Below are positions 6,368 through 15,026 of a DNA stretch of 16,360 bases, piece after piece. Under the pieces are notes generated by a model, which was not told the DNA's origin, did no database searches, and saw only the letters and a program-made list of their open reading frames with translations. Position 1 is the first letter of the stretch; each line of letters begins with the position of its first letter. Source of the DNA: Nitrospira japonica (GTDB lineage: Bacteria > Nitrospirota > Thermodesulfovibrionia > Thermodesulfovibrionales > SM23-35); NCBI GenBank assembly GCA_020725385.1, contig DYFC01000015.1, positions 1-16,360 of the forward strand. Direction: 5' to 3'. Made by a program: the position numbers and the translations under genes.

Positions 6368-8906
6368 GGCCAAAAACTATCTTGTTATTGTTCTCGTCAA
6401 TCTCACTAACAGTACCATCAGCATCAATGAATGCGATTAGATATTTTCCGGAAGCTGAAGTGCCTGATGGTAAATTAATGCTTAGATTTAATGTCTTTGA
6501 AGCATCATTTTTGAGACTTTTAATCGTAAATTCCTTAATCAATAAGTCATTTCCATCAAAAGTGTTATTGCTTGAAAGGTAAAACTTTACTTTGAATTGC
6601 GATGATGTTGAAGTGCCTGTATTTTGTGCAACAAACTTTCCTTTGATATTACATTTTCCACTTCTACATGTTTGATTTAAACTACTCCATTGACCCGTGA
6701 GGTCTATCCCTTTTATCTGGCAAGTGTATATTCTTACATTGTCTATATACCAGCCATCATCCGCATATGCTTCATCATTTGAAACCCTGAACCTGAATCT
6801 GACATTCTTGCCGCTTAAAGATGATAAATTCAGACGGCTTGATGTAAAACCAAAACTTGTTCCTGTATAAGCGTATCTTCCGCTTAAAGGATTGCCGGCT
6901 CCTGTATAAATGACTCCATCATATCCATTGTTTATAATCATGGCTCCTGCATCATACCATGTGGTGCCACTATCGGTGCTATACTCAACAATCCCTCCAT
7001 CATACATTGTGCTTCCCTCTGATTCAAAATCATAAGCATGATCAAAATGTAAATAAGCAGTTTTGTTCGAAGGAATTGAAATGCTTTTTTTCATCGAAAT
7101 GGCAAAATCGGATAAATAATCAAGATTTTCGCCATAAAGGGAGTATGTCCCGCTTGTAGCATACGCTGAAGAATACATATATTTAGGCAGATTTGAAATT
7201 GTAACAGGTGTTAATTTCCAGTATGCTTTGCCTTCTATATTATCAAAAAAAATATCAACAGGCTCTCCTGTTTCACAAACAGGAGCTTTTGGATATACAC
7301 AATATTTTGCAGCTACGTTAAGTTCTGTTGCCAGTGTTGCTTTTCTTACCTGATCACAATCATATTGAGTAATGCCATATTTCCCTATGAGATTCAAGCA
7401 ACCCTGATAGAGGGCATAATATAAATCGAGGTAATCACTGCCTGAAGTTAATAAATTAGTAAGTGTTTCATAATAAATCTGGGCTGTTTTTGTTATCCCG
7501 AGCCCTGAAATATTATAACCATTGAAATATCCGCCGTCTGTGATAAGATATGCTGTCTTATTCCCGACCCCGCTGTTTGTATGCACACCACCATTATCGG
7601 ATGTTCCACAATAGTAATAATAATCGGTCATCCTCTGGGGTTGCTCATAAATTCCAGGATTTGCCATATTTCTGATTGCATTATCATCTTCAAATAGATA
7701 CCATCTATAACCTGAGCTATCGTTACCTTTACCATTCGTAAGATCAATAAATTCTCCCCATATATCGGAAAAACTCTCATTAATTGCTCCTGATTGCATG
7801 TAATAACAAAGGTTGGCTGTGTAATATGTTACCGCATGTCCCAATTCATGACCTACACAATCATCCGTAACAGTTCCATCACCCAAAACGATTTGTTTAT
7901 AATTACTTGACCAGAAATCATTGTTATAAGGGCAATTGTCAGAAGTTTCACAGTATCTTACCGTTGCAACCAGAGGCATACCTTTCCCGTCTATGCTATC
8001 TCTACTAAAATTACTTTTAAAAAAATTGTAAAAATCTCCCATATAATCATAAGCCAGATCAACATCTCTTATCCCTGTAGCACCCTGTCCTTCTGTTCTT
8101 ACAGGCCCGTCACCGGGCAGTCCGAGTCCCGGGGTATTATAGTTATCGTAAATTTTCCTCTTCAAAGAATTTTCGAGAGTATTGAAATGAAGTCTTATTT
8201 TGCCATTAATTGCGTCAACTAAAACAAGGTGCTTTATTGGTTTTAAATCTTTTGATTCAACCTCGGTCTTCCATACAAGATAATTTTTATTATTTTGGAT
8301 ATTGAATACAATAGGGTTATAAATCAATAACGCGGGTTCTTCTGCCCTCAGTTTAGAAATATCTTCCTTATACCATTTTGAAACCGCTTTTAAAGCTATC
8401 TCTTTGGATTTCCCGGAGTCTATTGAAGGTATAGTTTGTATATTTATGTTAGGGACTATTTTTGATGTTAGAGAAATTAGCTCGCTGTTTTTATTTAATT
8501 GAACAATCATTTCACCTAAAAAAACAGGGATGTTATAAAATGTTTGCTGGTATCTGATAAAAGTGTCATCATAAATATTTTTTGAAATTTTGGTTTGTTT
8601 AAGTTCATTAACTGCATCCGAAATTCCGGTAAAGTCTTTGAGGGATTCTGTATAAAAAATTGCATTACTAAGAATCTCTTTTGAAAATTTATTTGTTTGT
8701 GCGAAGGATTCTTTTAATTTGATTGGATTGTTACGGTTTGTTCCAATAAATCTTATCTTACCAGTTAACTCATTATAGCCAATAACAACGTCTTTGACCG
8801 TATTTAGTTTTAAAACATCAAATAAATGAGCGTCTTTTTCTTTCTGAAGGGCAAAAGAATGATACGGTAAAATGAAAATTATCAAGAATATTATTGCTTT
8901 TTTCAT
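6357..8906 (-). CDS. Secreted M4 (thermolysin/bacillolysin) family zinc metallopeptidase with FTP/PepSY propeptide, a beta-sandwich domain and a C-terminal CARDB-like domain
   Basis: Signal peptide; RYQQ...IPVF.G and LVDAINGKI propeptide motifs; [13 protein letters not shown] (7836-7850), [20 protein letters not shown]; [14 protein letters not shown] and GWYIDNV; V.EIDENNN at the C-terminus. Confidence 0.92.
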   Translation of the reverse strand: MKKAIIFLIIFILPYHSFALQKEKDAHLFDVLKLNTVKDVVIGYNELTGKIRFIGTNRNNPIKLKESFAQTNKFSKEILSNAIFYTESLKDFTGISDAVNELKQTKISKNIYDDTFIRYQQTFYNIPVFLGEMIVQLNKNSELISLTSKIVPNINIQTIPSIDSGKSKEIALKAVSKWYKEDISKLRAEEPALLIYNPIVFNIQNNKNYLVWKTEVESKDLKPIKHLVLVDAINGKIRLHFNTLENSLKRKIYDNYNTPGLGLPGDGPVRTEGQGATGIRDVDLAYDYMGDFYNFFKSNFSRDSIDGKGMPLVATVRYCETSDNCPYNNDFWSSNYKQIVLGDGTVTDDCVGHELGHAVTYYTANLCYYMQSGAINESFSDIWGEFIDLTNGKGNDSSGYRWYLFEDDNAIRNMANPGIYEQPQRMTDYYYYCGTSDNGGVHTNSGVGNKTAYLITDGGYFNGYNISGLGITKTAQIYYETLTNLLTSGSDYLDLYYALYQGCLNLIGKYGITQYDCDQVRKATLATELNVAAKYCVYPKAPVCETGEPVDIFFDNIEGKAYWKLTPVTISNLPKYMYSSAYATSGTYSLYGENLDYLSDFAISMKKSISIPSNKTAYLHFDHAYDFESEGSTMYDGGIVEYSTDSGTTWYDAGAMIINNGYDGVIYTGAGNPLSGRYAYTGTSFGFTSSRLNLSSLSGKNVRFRFRVSNDEAYADDGWYIDNVRIYTCQIKGIDLTGQWSSLNQTCRSGKCNIKGKFVAQNTGTSTSSQFKVKFYLSSNNTFDGNDLLIKEFTIKSLKNDASKTLNLSINLPSGTSASGKYLIAFIDADGTVSEIDENNNKIVFGPIY

Positions 8907-9850
8907 GACAAAATATTTTTAAAGTATGCTATGGTCTTTTTCAGACCATTTTCAAGGTTTATAGATGGTTGCCATGATAATTTTTCTTTTGCAAGTGTTA
9001 TATCCGGATTTCTCTGTTTCGGGTCATCCTGTGGAATCGTTCTGAAAATAACCTTTGATCTGGATTTTGTTAACTTTATTATCAATTTTGCCAATTCAAT
9101 AATAGATATTTCTGAAGGATTCCCGAGATTTACAGGTCCTGTAAATTCATCGGGACTGTTCATAAGTTTTACGAGACCGTCTATCATATCATCTATATAA
9201 CAAAAACTTCTTGTTTGCTGCCCGTCTCCAAAAACAGTTATATCTTCACCTCTTAGAGCTTGAATAATAAAATTACTTACAACTCTGCCATCGTTGGGGA
9301 GCATTCTCGGCCCATATGTATTGAATATTCTTGCAATCTTAATTTTTAGCCTGTGCTGTCTATGATAGTCAAAGAATAATGTTTCCGCGCATCTTTTCCC
9401 TTCGTCATAACATGACCTTGGACCGATTGGATTAACATTCCCCCAGTATGTCTCGGGCTGGGGATTAACTTTTGGGTCGCCATATATTTCACTTGTTGAT
9501 GCTTGAAGAATTTTTATTCGTAATCTTTTTGCAAGACCTAACATATTTATAGCGCCATGAACAGCGGTTTTAATAGTTTGAACCGGATCAAATTGATAAT
9601 GAACAGGAGAAGCCGGGCAGGCAAGGTTATAAATCTCATCAACTTCGACATAAAGCGGAAAACAAATGTCATGTCTCATGATTTCAAAATAGGGATTTGA
9701 AAACAGATGGGCTATATTTGAGCGTCTTCCTGTATAGAAATTGTCAACACATAAAACTTCACAATTGTCTTTCAATAAATATTCGCAGAGATGGGAACCA
9801 ATAAAGCCTGAACCGCCTGTAACAAGTATCCTTTTTTTTATTTTTGTCAT
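8903..9850 (-). CDS. UDP-glucuronic acid decarboxylase (UDP-xylose synthase), extended SDR family
   Basis: [74 protein letters not shown]. Confidence 0.93.
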   Translation of the reverse strand: MTKIKKRILVTGGSGFIGSHLCEYLLKDNCEVLCVDNFYTGRRSNIAHLFSNPYFEIMRHDICFPLYVEVDEIYNLACPASPVHYQFDPVQTIKTAVHGAINMLGLAKRLRIKILQASTSEIYGDPKVNPQPETYWGNVNPIGPRSCYDEGKRCAETLFFDYHRQHRLKIKIARIFNTYGPRMLPNDGRVVSNFIIQALRGEDITVFGDGQQTRSFCYIDDMIDGLVKLMNSPDEFTGPVNLGNPSEISIIELAKLIIKLTKSRSKVIFRTIPQDDPKQRNPDITLAKEKLSWQPSINLENGLKKTIAYFKNILS

Positions 9851-9910
9851 AGTATATTATACTATAAAAAAGTTAAGAGCAGGCCTTTATAAGCCGATTT
9901 TTTCAAAGGA

Positions 9911-10267
9911 TTATTTGACTTTTGCTATTTTATTATTTTTATCGAGAAGTACAATTTTTGGCTTTAGCCCTTTTGATTTTGAGTCCTCAACATAGCCATA
10001 GCAAAATATGATAATTTTATCTCCAACAACACCTTTTCTTGCAGTAGGACCATTCAGGCATATTTCTCCTGAATTCTTTTTGCCCGGTATTACATAAGTT
10101 TCAAATCTTTCCCCGTTGTTTAAATTGCTTATCATTACCTGTTCATAAGGAAGAATTCCGGCTTTTTTAATAATTGTCTCATCAATTGTAATGCTTCCTT
10201 CATATTCAAGATTTGATTCTGTAACAGTTGCAAGGTGTATTTTTGCTCTTAAAATGCAGCGCAGCAT
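9911..10267 (-). CDS. panD: Aspartate 1-decarboxylase proenzyme
   Basis: KIH.ATVT, YEG-SITID self-cleavage site (Gly24-Ser25), NGERFETY, ICLNG..AR; SD GAGAGG upstream. Confidence 0.97.
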   Translation of the reverse strand: MLRCILRAKIHLATVTESNLEYEGSITIDETIIKKAGILPYEQVMISNLNNGERFETYVIPGKKNSGEICLNGPTARKGVVGDKIIIFCYGYVEDSKSKGLKPKIVLLDKNNKIAKVK

Positions 10268-10511
10268 AATATCTGTCCTCTCTTTTTAACGAAATATATA
10301 TATTTTAAATTATGACTGCTTTGGTTAAACAAATGCAAGGTTAAAGACTTTCTTTATTTAAGCATAATTTCAAATAATGGAGATAGAATTGGTTATACTA
10401 ATAAAGGAGAAATTGTTCATTTGTTCCGGTTAATAAGAAGCAGCTTAACTTTTTTAAAGTTAAGAATTATCTTATAAAATACGATTATAAATAATAAGGA
10501 GTTTTATTAAA

Positions 10512-11357
10512 ATGACAAAATTAAAAAACTTGATGCGAAATATAAAGTTGAAAGGAATTTCTTTGTTTATTATATTTTTAATCAATTGCTTTTTTGTAGA
10601 ACTTTCTGCTGGAGAAACAATAAAAATTGGGGGTTGCGGAAGTTCGTTAGGAACAATGAAGCTAATTGCTTCTGCGTTTGAGAAAAAAAATCCGGGGATA
10701 AAAGTTGCCGTGCTATCAAGTCTCGGAAGTCTCGGGGGAGTTAAAGCAGTATCAAAAGGTGGAATCGACATTGGTATAACTGGAAGAAAATTCAATAAAG
10801 ATGAAGCGAAACTCGGTTTGCTGGCAATCGAGTATGCAAAGACTCCTGTCATATTTATTGTCAATAAAAATATAAATTTATCAAATATAACCCATCAGGA
10901 TGTAGTTAGGATTTTTAATGGTACTACTAAAAATTGGGATGATGGAGAAAAAATTCGCCCCATACTAAGACAGCCATCAGAAAGTAATGCAATTATAATA
11001 AGGAACATATCTCCGGAAATTAGTAATGCAATGGATATTGCAATGTCCTGTGAATGGAGAATTATAGCCCTTACAGACCAGGAAACTGTTGATCTCGTAG
11101 AAAAAACACCCGGTGCTTTCAGTTTTTCGACACTAACACAAATAATTTCGGAAAAAAGGAATGTTAATATTCTGAATTATAATGGAATATCTCCCTTATC
11201 AAATAGAAAGGTCAATACTTTGTATCCAATTTTTAAGACCCATTATATGATTCTAAAACCGGGATATTCTGAGACTGTAAGAAAATTTATACTTTTTGTT
11301 AAATCTTCTGAAGGTAAGAAGATTCTAACCGAAACAGGCAACTTGGTGATAGATTAA
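10512..11357 (+). CDS. PstS-like (PBP type 2) substrate-binding protein
   Basis: Signal-like N-terminus (true start may be ATG 10533); IKIGG.GS, AFEKKNPG, GSLGGVKAV..G.IDIG..GR, I..G...NW, V..TPGA, FI.FV.S.EG..I motifs. Confidence 0.82.
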   Translation: MTKLKNLMRNIKLKGISLFIIFLINCFFVELSAGETIKIGGCGSSLGTMKLIASAFEKKNPGIKVAVLSSLGSLGGVKAVSKGGIDIGITGRKFNKDEAKLGLLAIEYAKTPVIFIVNKNINLSNITHQDVVRIFNGTTKNWDDGEKIRPILRQPSESNAIIIRNISPEISNAMDIAMSCEWRIIALTDQETVDLVEKTPGAFSFSTLTQIISEKRNVNILNYNGISPLSNRKVNTLYPIFKTHYMILKPGYSETVRKFILFVKSSEGKKILTETGNLVID

Positions 11358-13387
11358 TGCCAAGACAAAATGCTGCGTCAATAATTACATTTTTGTCCGG
11401 GCTAATTATTTTTATATTAGCCATAGCTTTTCCCTTTGTGTATTTTTTTGTTTCATATGAGTATATAAAAGGCAGTATCGAAACAGAAGGAAAGATAAGC
11501 GCATCACAGATAATGAAAATTATAGCGAGCAATCCTTCTGCATGGGAATTCGAACAGGAAAGACTCCAGATTTCTTTATCAAGTTTTCCAAGAAAAGGAT
11601 ACCCTGAAAAATGGCGTACTTTGAATGCAAAAAATGAAGTAATAGCGGAAAGCAATACCGAGATTTCCGAGCCTTACATTATGAGAACGTTTGAATTAAT
11701 TGATGCAGGAACAATTGTGGGAAGACTTGAAATTTATCGCTCTTTAATGCCTCTTTTTAAGAAAACCGGTGTGCTTTCGCTTCTTATGTTACCTATTGGC
11801 ATTGTTACATTTTTAATTATTCGTTTTGTTCCGATAGAGATGATCTACAGAACAGAGGAAGCATTAAGAGAATCCAATGAACTTCTTAACAAGATATTTT
11901 TAAGCCTTAGAGAAGCAGTGTTTATTATTGACCCGAATACATTAAAAATAATCAATTGTAACATTGTGGCCGAGAAAATGTTTGGTATTGAAAAAAAAGT
12001 AATGTTAGAGCAGTATCTTATATCATTACTACCGGGCATTCATGATGTTGAAAAATTCAAGAACAATTTAGTAACAAATATAGAAACAAAAGGGTTCTTT
12101 CAAATTAACGATTTTCAGATGAGAAGGTTCGATGGTTCTCTTTTCCCTGCAGACTGTAATATTGTCCATTTATATAATGAAAATAATGTCTGTTTTGCCT
12201 ATCTGTGTGTAATTAATGATATTACCGAACGAAAAAAGCATGAAGAAGATACATTGAGGTCCCAAAAGCTTGAATCTCTTGGAATACTTGCAGGTGGAAT
12301 CGCACATGATTTTAATAATCTTTTGACAGCTATTGTTGGATGTGTATCGGCTCTTAAACTTTATACCAGCGCCGAGGACGAATCCTACCAGATGCTTGAA
12401 CATGCTGAAAAAGCAGCTTTACGTGCAAAAGATCTAACACGGCAACTTTTAACCTTCTCCAAGGGAGGCGAGCCTGTTAAACAGATTGTTTCTCTGAAAG
12501 AAATTATAAGAAATTCAACCGGTTTTTCATTAAGAGGTTCAAAATCCAAAAGCAATATTATAGTACCCGACAATATCTGGCATATATTTGCGGATGAAGG
12601 TCAAATAAGTCAGGTAATTAATAATCTAATAATAAATGCATCTCAAGCTATGCCGGAAGGTGGAATCATTACAATTAAATGTGAAAATGTTACACTTCAA
12701 AATAATTATGATGTGCCAAAATTAGTTGCAGGAGATTATGTCAAAATTCTCATAGAAGATCAAGGTACAGGAATACCGGAAGAGAATCTTAAAAAAATAT
12801 TCGACCCTTATTTTACAACAAAACCGGAAGGAAACGGGTTGGGGCTTGCAACAACTTATTCTATAGTCAAGAAACATAAAGGTTTCATAGGGGTCGAATC
12901 CGAAGTAGGGAAAGGCACTATTTTTACAATTTATCTTCCTGCCCTTAGGGATATAGATGAGAAATTACCGGATATTGAAGATAAACTTATTCACGGTGAT
13001 GCAAGAATACTTTTAATGGATGATGAAGAAGTTGTACGAAAAATTGCCGGATGGATGCTTAATAAACTCGGGTACGAAGTCGAATATGCAGAAAATGGTT
13101 CCGAACTAATTGAAAAGTATAGGACAGAGTTTATTAATGGCAAAAAATTTGATGCGGTTATTGTTGATTTAACTGTTCCTGGAGGAATGGGAGGAGAAGA
13201 GGCTATAAAAAAATTAATCGAGATTGATCCTGATATAAAAGCTATTGCATCCAGCGGTTATTCAAATAATCCCGCAATGTCTGATTTCCCTCTGTTTGGT
13301 TTTAAAGCTGTTATTTCCAAACCATACAAAATTAATGAATTGAGTAAAACTATTTCGAGAGTGCTAAATTTACAGCCAACATTCTAA
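11357..13387 (+). CDS. Membrane-bound hybrid sensor histidine kinase (2 TM, PAS, HisKA, HATPase, receiver)
   Basis: Two hydrophobic segments; PAS (N..AEKMFG...DITERK); H-box LAGGIAHDFNNLL; N/G1/F/G2 boxes (NLIINA, DQGTGI, FDPYFTTK, GNGLGLA); receiver MDDEE..D..SSG..KP. Start overlaps the upstream stop (TAATG). Confidence 0.95.
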   Translation: MPRQNAASIITFLSGLIIFILAIAFPFVYFFVSYEYIKGSIETEGKISASQIMKIIASNPSAWEFEQERLQISLSSFPRKGYPEKWRTLNAKNEVIAESNTEISEPYIMRTFELIDAGTIVGRLEIYRSLMPLFKKTGVLSLLMLPIGIVTFLIIRFVPIEMIYRTEEALRESNELLNKIFLSLREAVFIIDPNTLKIINCNIVAEKMFGIEKKVMLEQYLISLLPGIHDVEKFKNNLVTNIETKGFFQINDFQMRRFDGSLFPADCNIVHLYNENNVCFAYLCVINDITERKKHEEDTLRSQKLESLGILAGGIAHDFNNLLTAIVGCVSALKLYTSAEDESYQMLEHAEKAALRAKDLTRQLLTFSKGGEPVKQIVSLKEIIRNSTGFSLRGSKSKSNIIVPDNIWHIFADEGQISQVINNLIINASQAMPEGGIITIKCENVTLQNNYDVPKLVAGDYVKILIEDQGTGIPEENLKKIFDPYFTTKPEGNGLGLATTYSIVKKHKGFIGVESEVGKGTIFTIYLPALRDIDEKLPDIEDKLIHGDARILLMDDEEVVRKIAGWMLNKLGYEVEYAENGSELIEKYRTEFINGKKFDAVIVDLTVPGGMGGEEAIKKLIEIDPDIKAIASSGYSNNPAMSDFPLFGFKAVISKPYKINELSKTISRVLNLQPTF

Positions 13388-13475
13388 CCCAATTGATGTT
13401 TTCCCGATGTCTGCATTATTCTGCTTAAACTGAATTTTTCGAGTTAGGTTATAATAGACTGCATTGAGGTGGAAA

Positions 13476-14024
13476 TTGGATATTTATTATGAAGAACCAG
13501 AAGATAGAATAAAGCTTTATCGTATATTCTCATCACTGTTTATTAAGGAGCCATCTGATAAAGAATTAATCGATGCGGCAAAGCTTCTGGGGATTACAAC
13601 TACAGAAACAGGCGATGAGATAAGGGCAGATTATATCCAGCTCTTTTCAAATTACGCAGGACAACTTCTGCCTTATGAATCGCTATATAACTACGAAATT
13701 ACCGATGTTCCAAAAGTATGGGGAAATGCCACAATAGAAGTCCAGAAGACTTATCGTTCTGCAAATGTTATTCTTGACGAAGACCTTGATATTGTTCCGG
13801 ACCATATTTCTGCCGAGTTGCTTTTTATGTCTTATCTTATAGAAAACGAACTTATAGAGTTACAGGAAAAATTTTTAAATGAACACCTATGTATCTGGAT
13901 TCCTTATTTCTGTGATGATGTTATGGATATTGCTATGTCCGGATTCTACAAGCAAATTGCTGCGGCACTTAAAGCATTTATACTAACTGAATGCAGGTCT
14001 TTTGAAATTCCGGTGGAGGAATAG
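13476..14024 (+). CDS. TorD/DmsD family molybdoenzyme maturation chaperone
   Basis: Y..LF, PYESLY, PDHISAEL.FM..L, FL.EHL..W motifs. TTG 13476 follows GAGGTG and is preferred over TTG 13464. Confidence 0.87.
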   Translation: MDIYYEEPEDRIKLYRIFSSLFIKEPSDKELIDAAKLLGITTTETGDEIRADYIQLFSNYAGQLLPYESLYNYEITDVPKVWGNATIEVQKTYRSANVILDEDLDIVPDHISAELLFMSYLIENELIELQEKFLNEHLCIWIPYFCDDVMDIAMSGFYKQIAAALKAFILTECRSFEIPVEE

Positions 14025-14033
14025 TATATTAGA

Positions 14034-14924
14034 ATGTTTTTTGAAAAAGGAACTCTCTGGAACAAAGTACTTGAAACCACCCAACATGCCCTTAAAGTAG
14101 GGGCCCAATTCCCAATACCTACTGATTATGAATTTATAGAAGATTGTGGAATAAGGTTTTTTGTAAGGAAACTTTCAAGCCTTAAACATAAGGATGAAGA
14201 AAAAAGAAAACAAATGATTTCAGAAAATCCTACTAATCCTTTTCTTCCATATGACAGAGAGTTGTTTGTTGAAAACATATCCGATACACATGTTGCTCTT
14301 TTAAATAAATTCAATGTAGTTGAAAATCATCTTTTAATAATTACAAAGCATTTTGAAGAACAGGAGACTCTTTTAACATTGAAAGATTTTGAGGCGCTAT
14401 GGTTATGCATGAACGAATTTAAAAGTCTTGGTTTCTATAATGGTGGAACCGAGGCAGGAGCGAGTCAGAAACATAAACATCTTCAAGTAGTTCCTTTACC
14501 TCTGGCACCAGAAGGCCCTGACTTGCCTATAGAGCCGTTATTGCAGGGAACGGTTTTAAATAATGGAGCAGGAACAGTTCCGGGTTTTCCTTTTAGACAT
14601 ATATTTGCCAGGGTTAAAAGTATATCTTTATCTCCTAAAGAACTTGCAATGTTATCTTTTGATATTTACAGTAACATGCTTGTTAGTTTAGGCATGGATA
14701 AGCCTGACAGAGACCTTCTTAAATATCAAACTTCACCTTATTGTCTGCTTATAACTCATAAATGGATGTTATTGGTCCCGCGATCCCGTGAATTTTTTGA
14801 CTCTATTTCTATAAATTCACTTGGTTTTGCAGGGGCCTTGCTTGTTAAAGATGAAACTCAGATGGAACTATTAAAAAAAACAGGTCCTATGAAAGTTCTT
14901 CAACAGGTTGCGTTTCCGCAATAG
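14034..14924 (+). CDS. ATP adenylyltransferase / Ap4A phosphorylase (Apa2-like, HIT superfamily)
   Basis: NPFLPYD, LNKFNV..H.LIIT, FYNGG..AGASQ.HKHLQ (HxHxQ), W..LVPRS, INSLGFAG.LLVK. Confidence 0.9.
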   Translation: MFFEKGTLWNKVLETTQHALKVGAQFPIPTDYEFIEDCGIRFFVRKLSSLKHKDEEKRKQMISENPTNPFLPYDRELFVENISDTHVALLNKFNVVENHLLIITKHFEEQETLLTLKDFEALWLCMNEFKSLGFYNGGTEAGASQKHKHLQVVPLPLAPEGPDLPIEPLLQGTVLNNGAGTVPGFPFRHIFARVKSISLSPKELAMLSFDIYSNMLVSLGMDKPDRDLLKYQTSPYCLLITHKWMLLVPRSREFFDSISINSLGFAGALLVKDETQMELLKKTGPMKVLQQVAFPQ

Positions 14925-14944
14925 TTGTTCTTGTATACAGCTTT

Positions 14945-14974
14945 TTTACATTTCTTTAATGTCTATGCTATTCT
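14945..14974 (+). promoter_or_regulatory. Putative sigma-70 promoter of lysS
   Basis: TTTACA (14945-14950), 18-nt spacer, TATTCT (14969-14974) with an extended -10 TG at 14966-14967. Confidence 0.45.
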
Positions 14975-15026
14975 TTAAAGATAATAAATTCTATTGAATA
15001 TCTAAATACTGAAAGGTGCTTTGATA

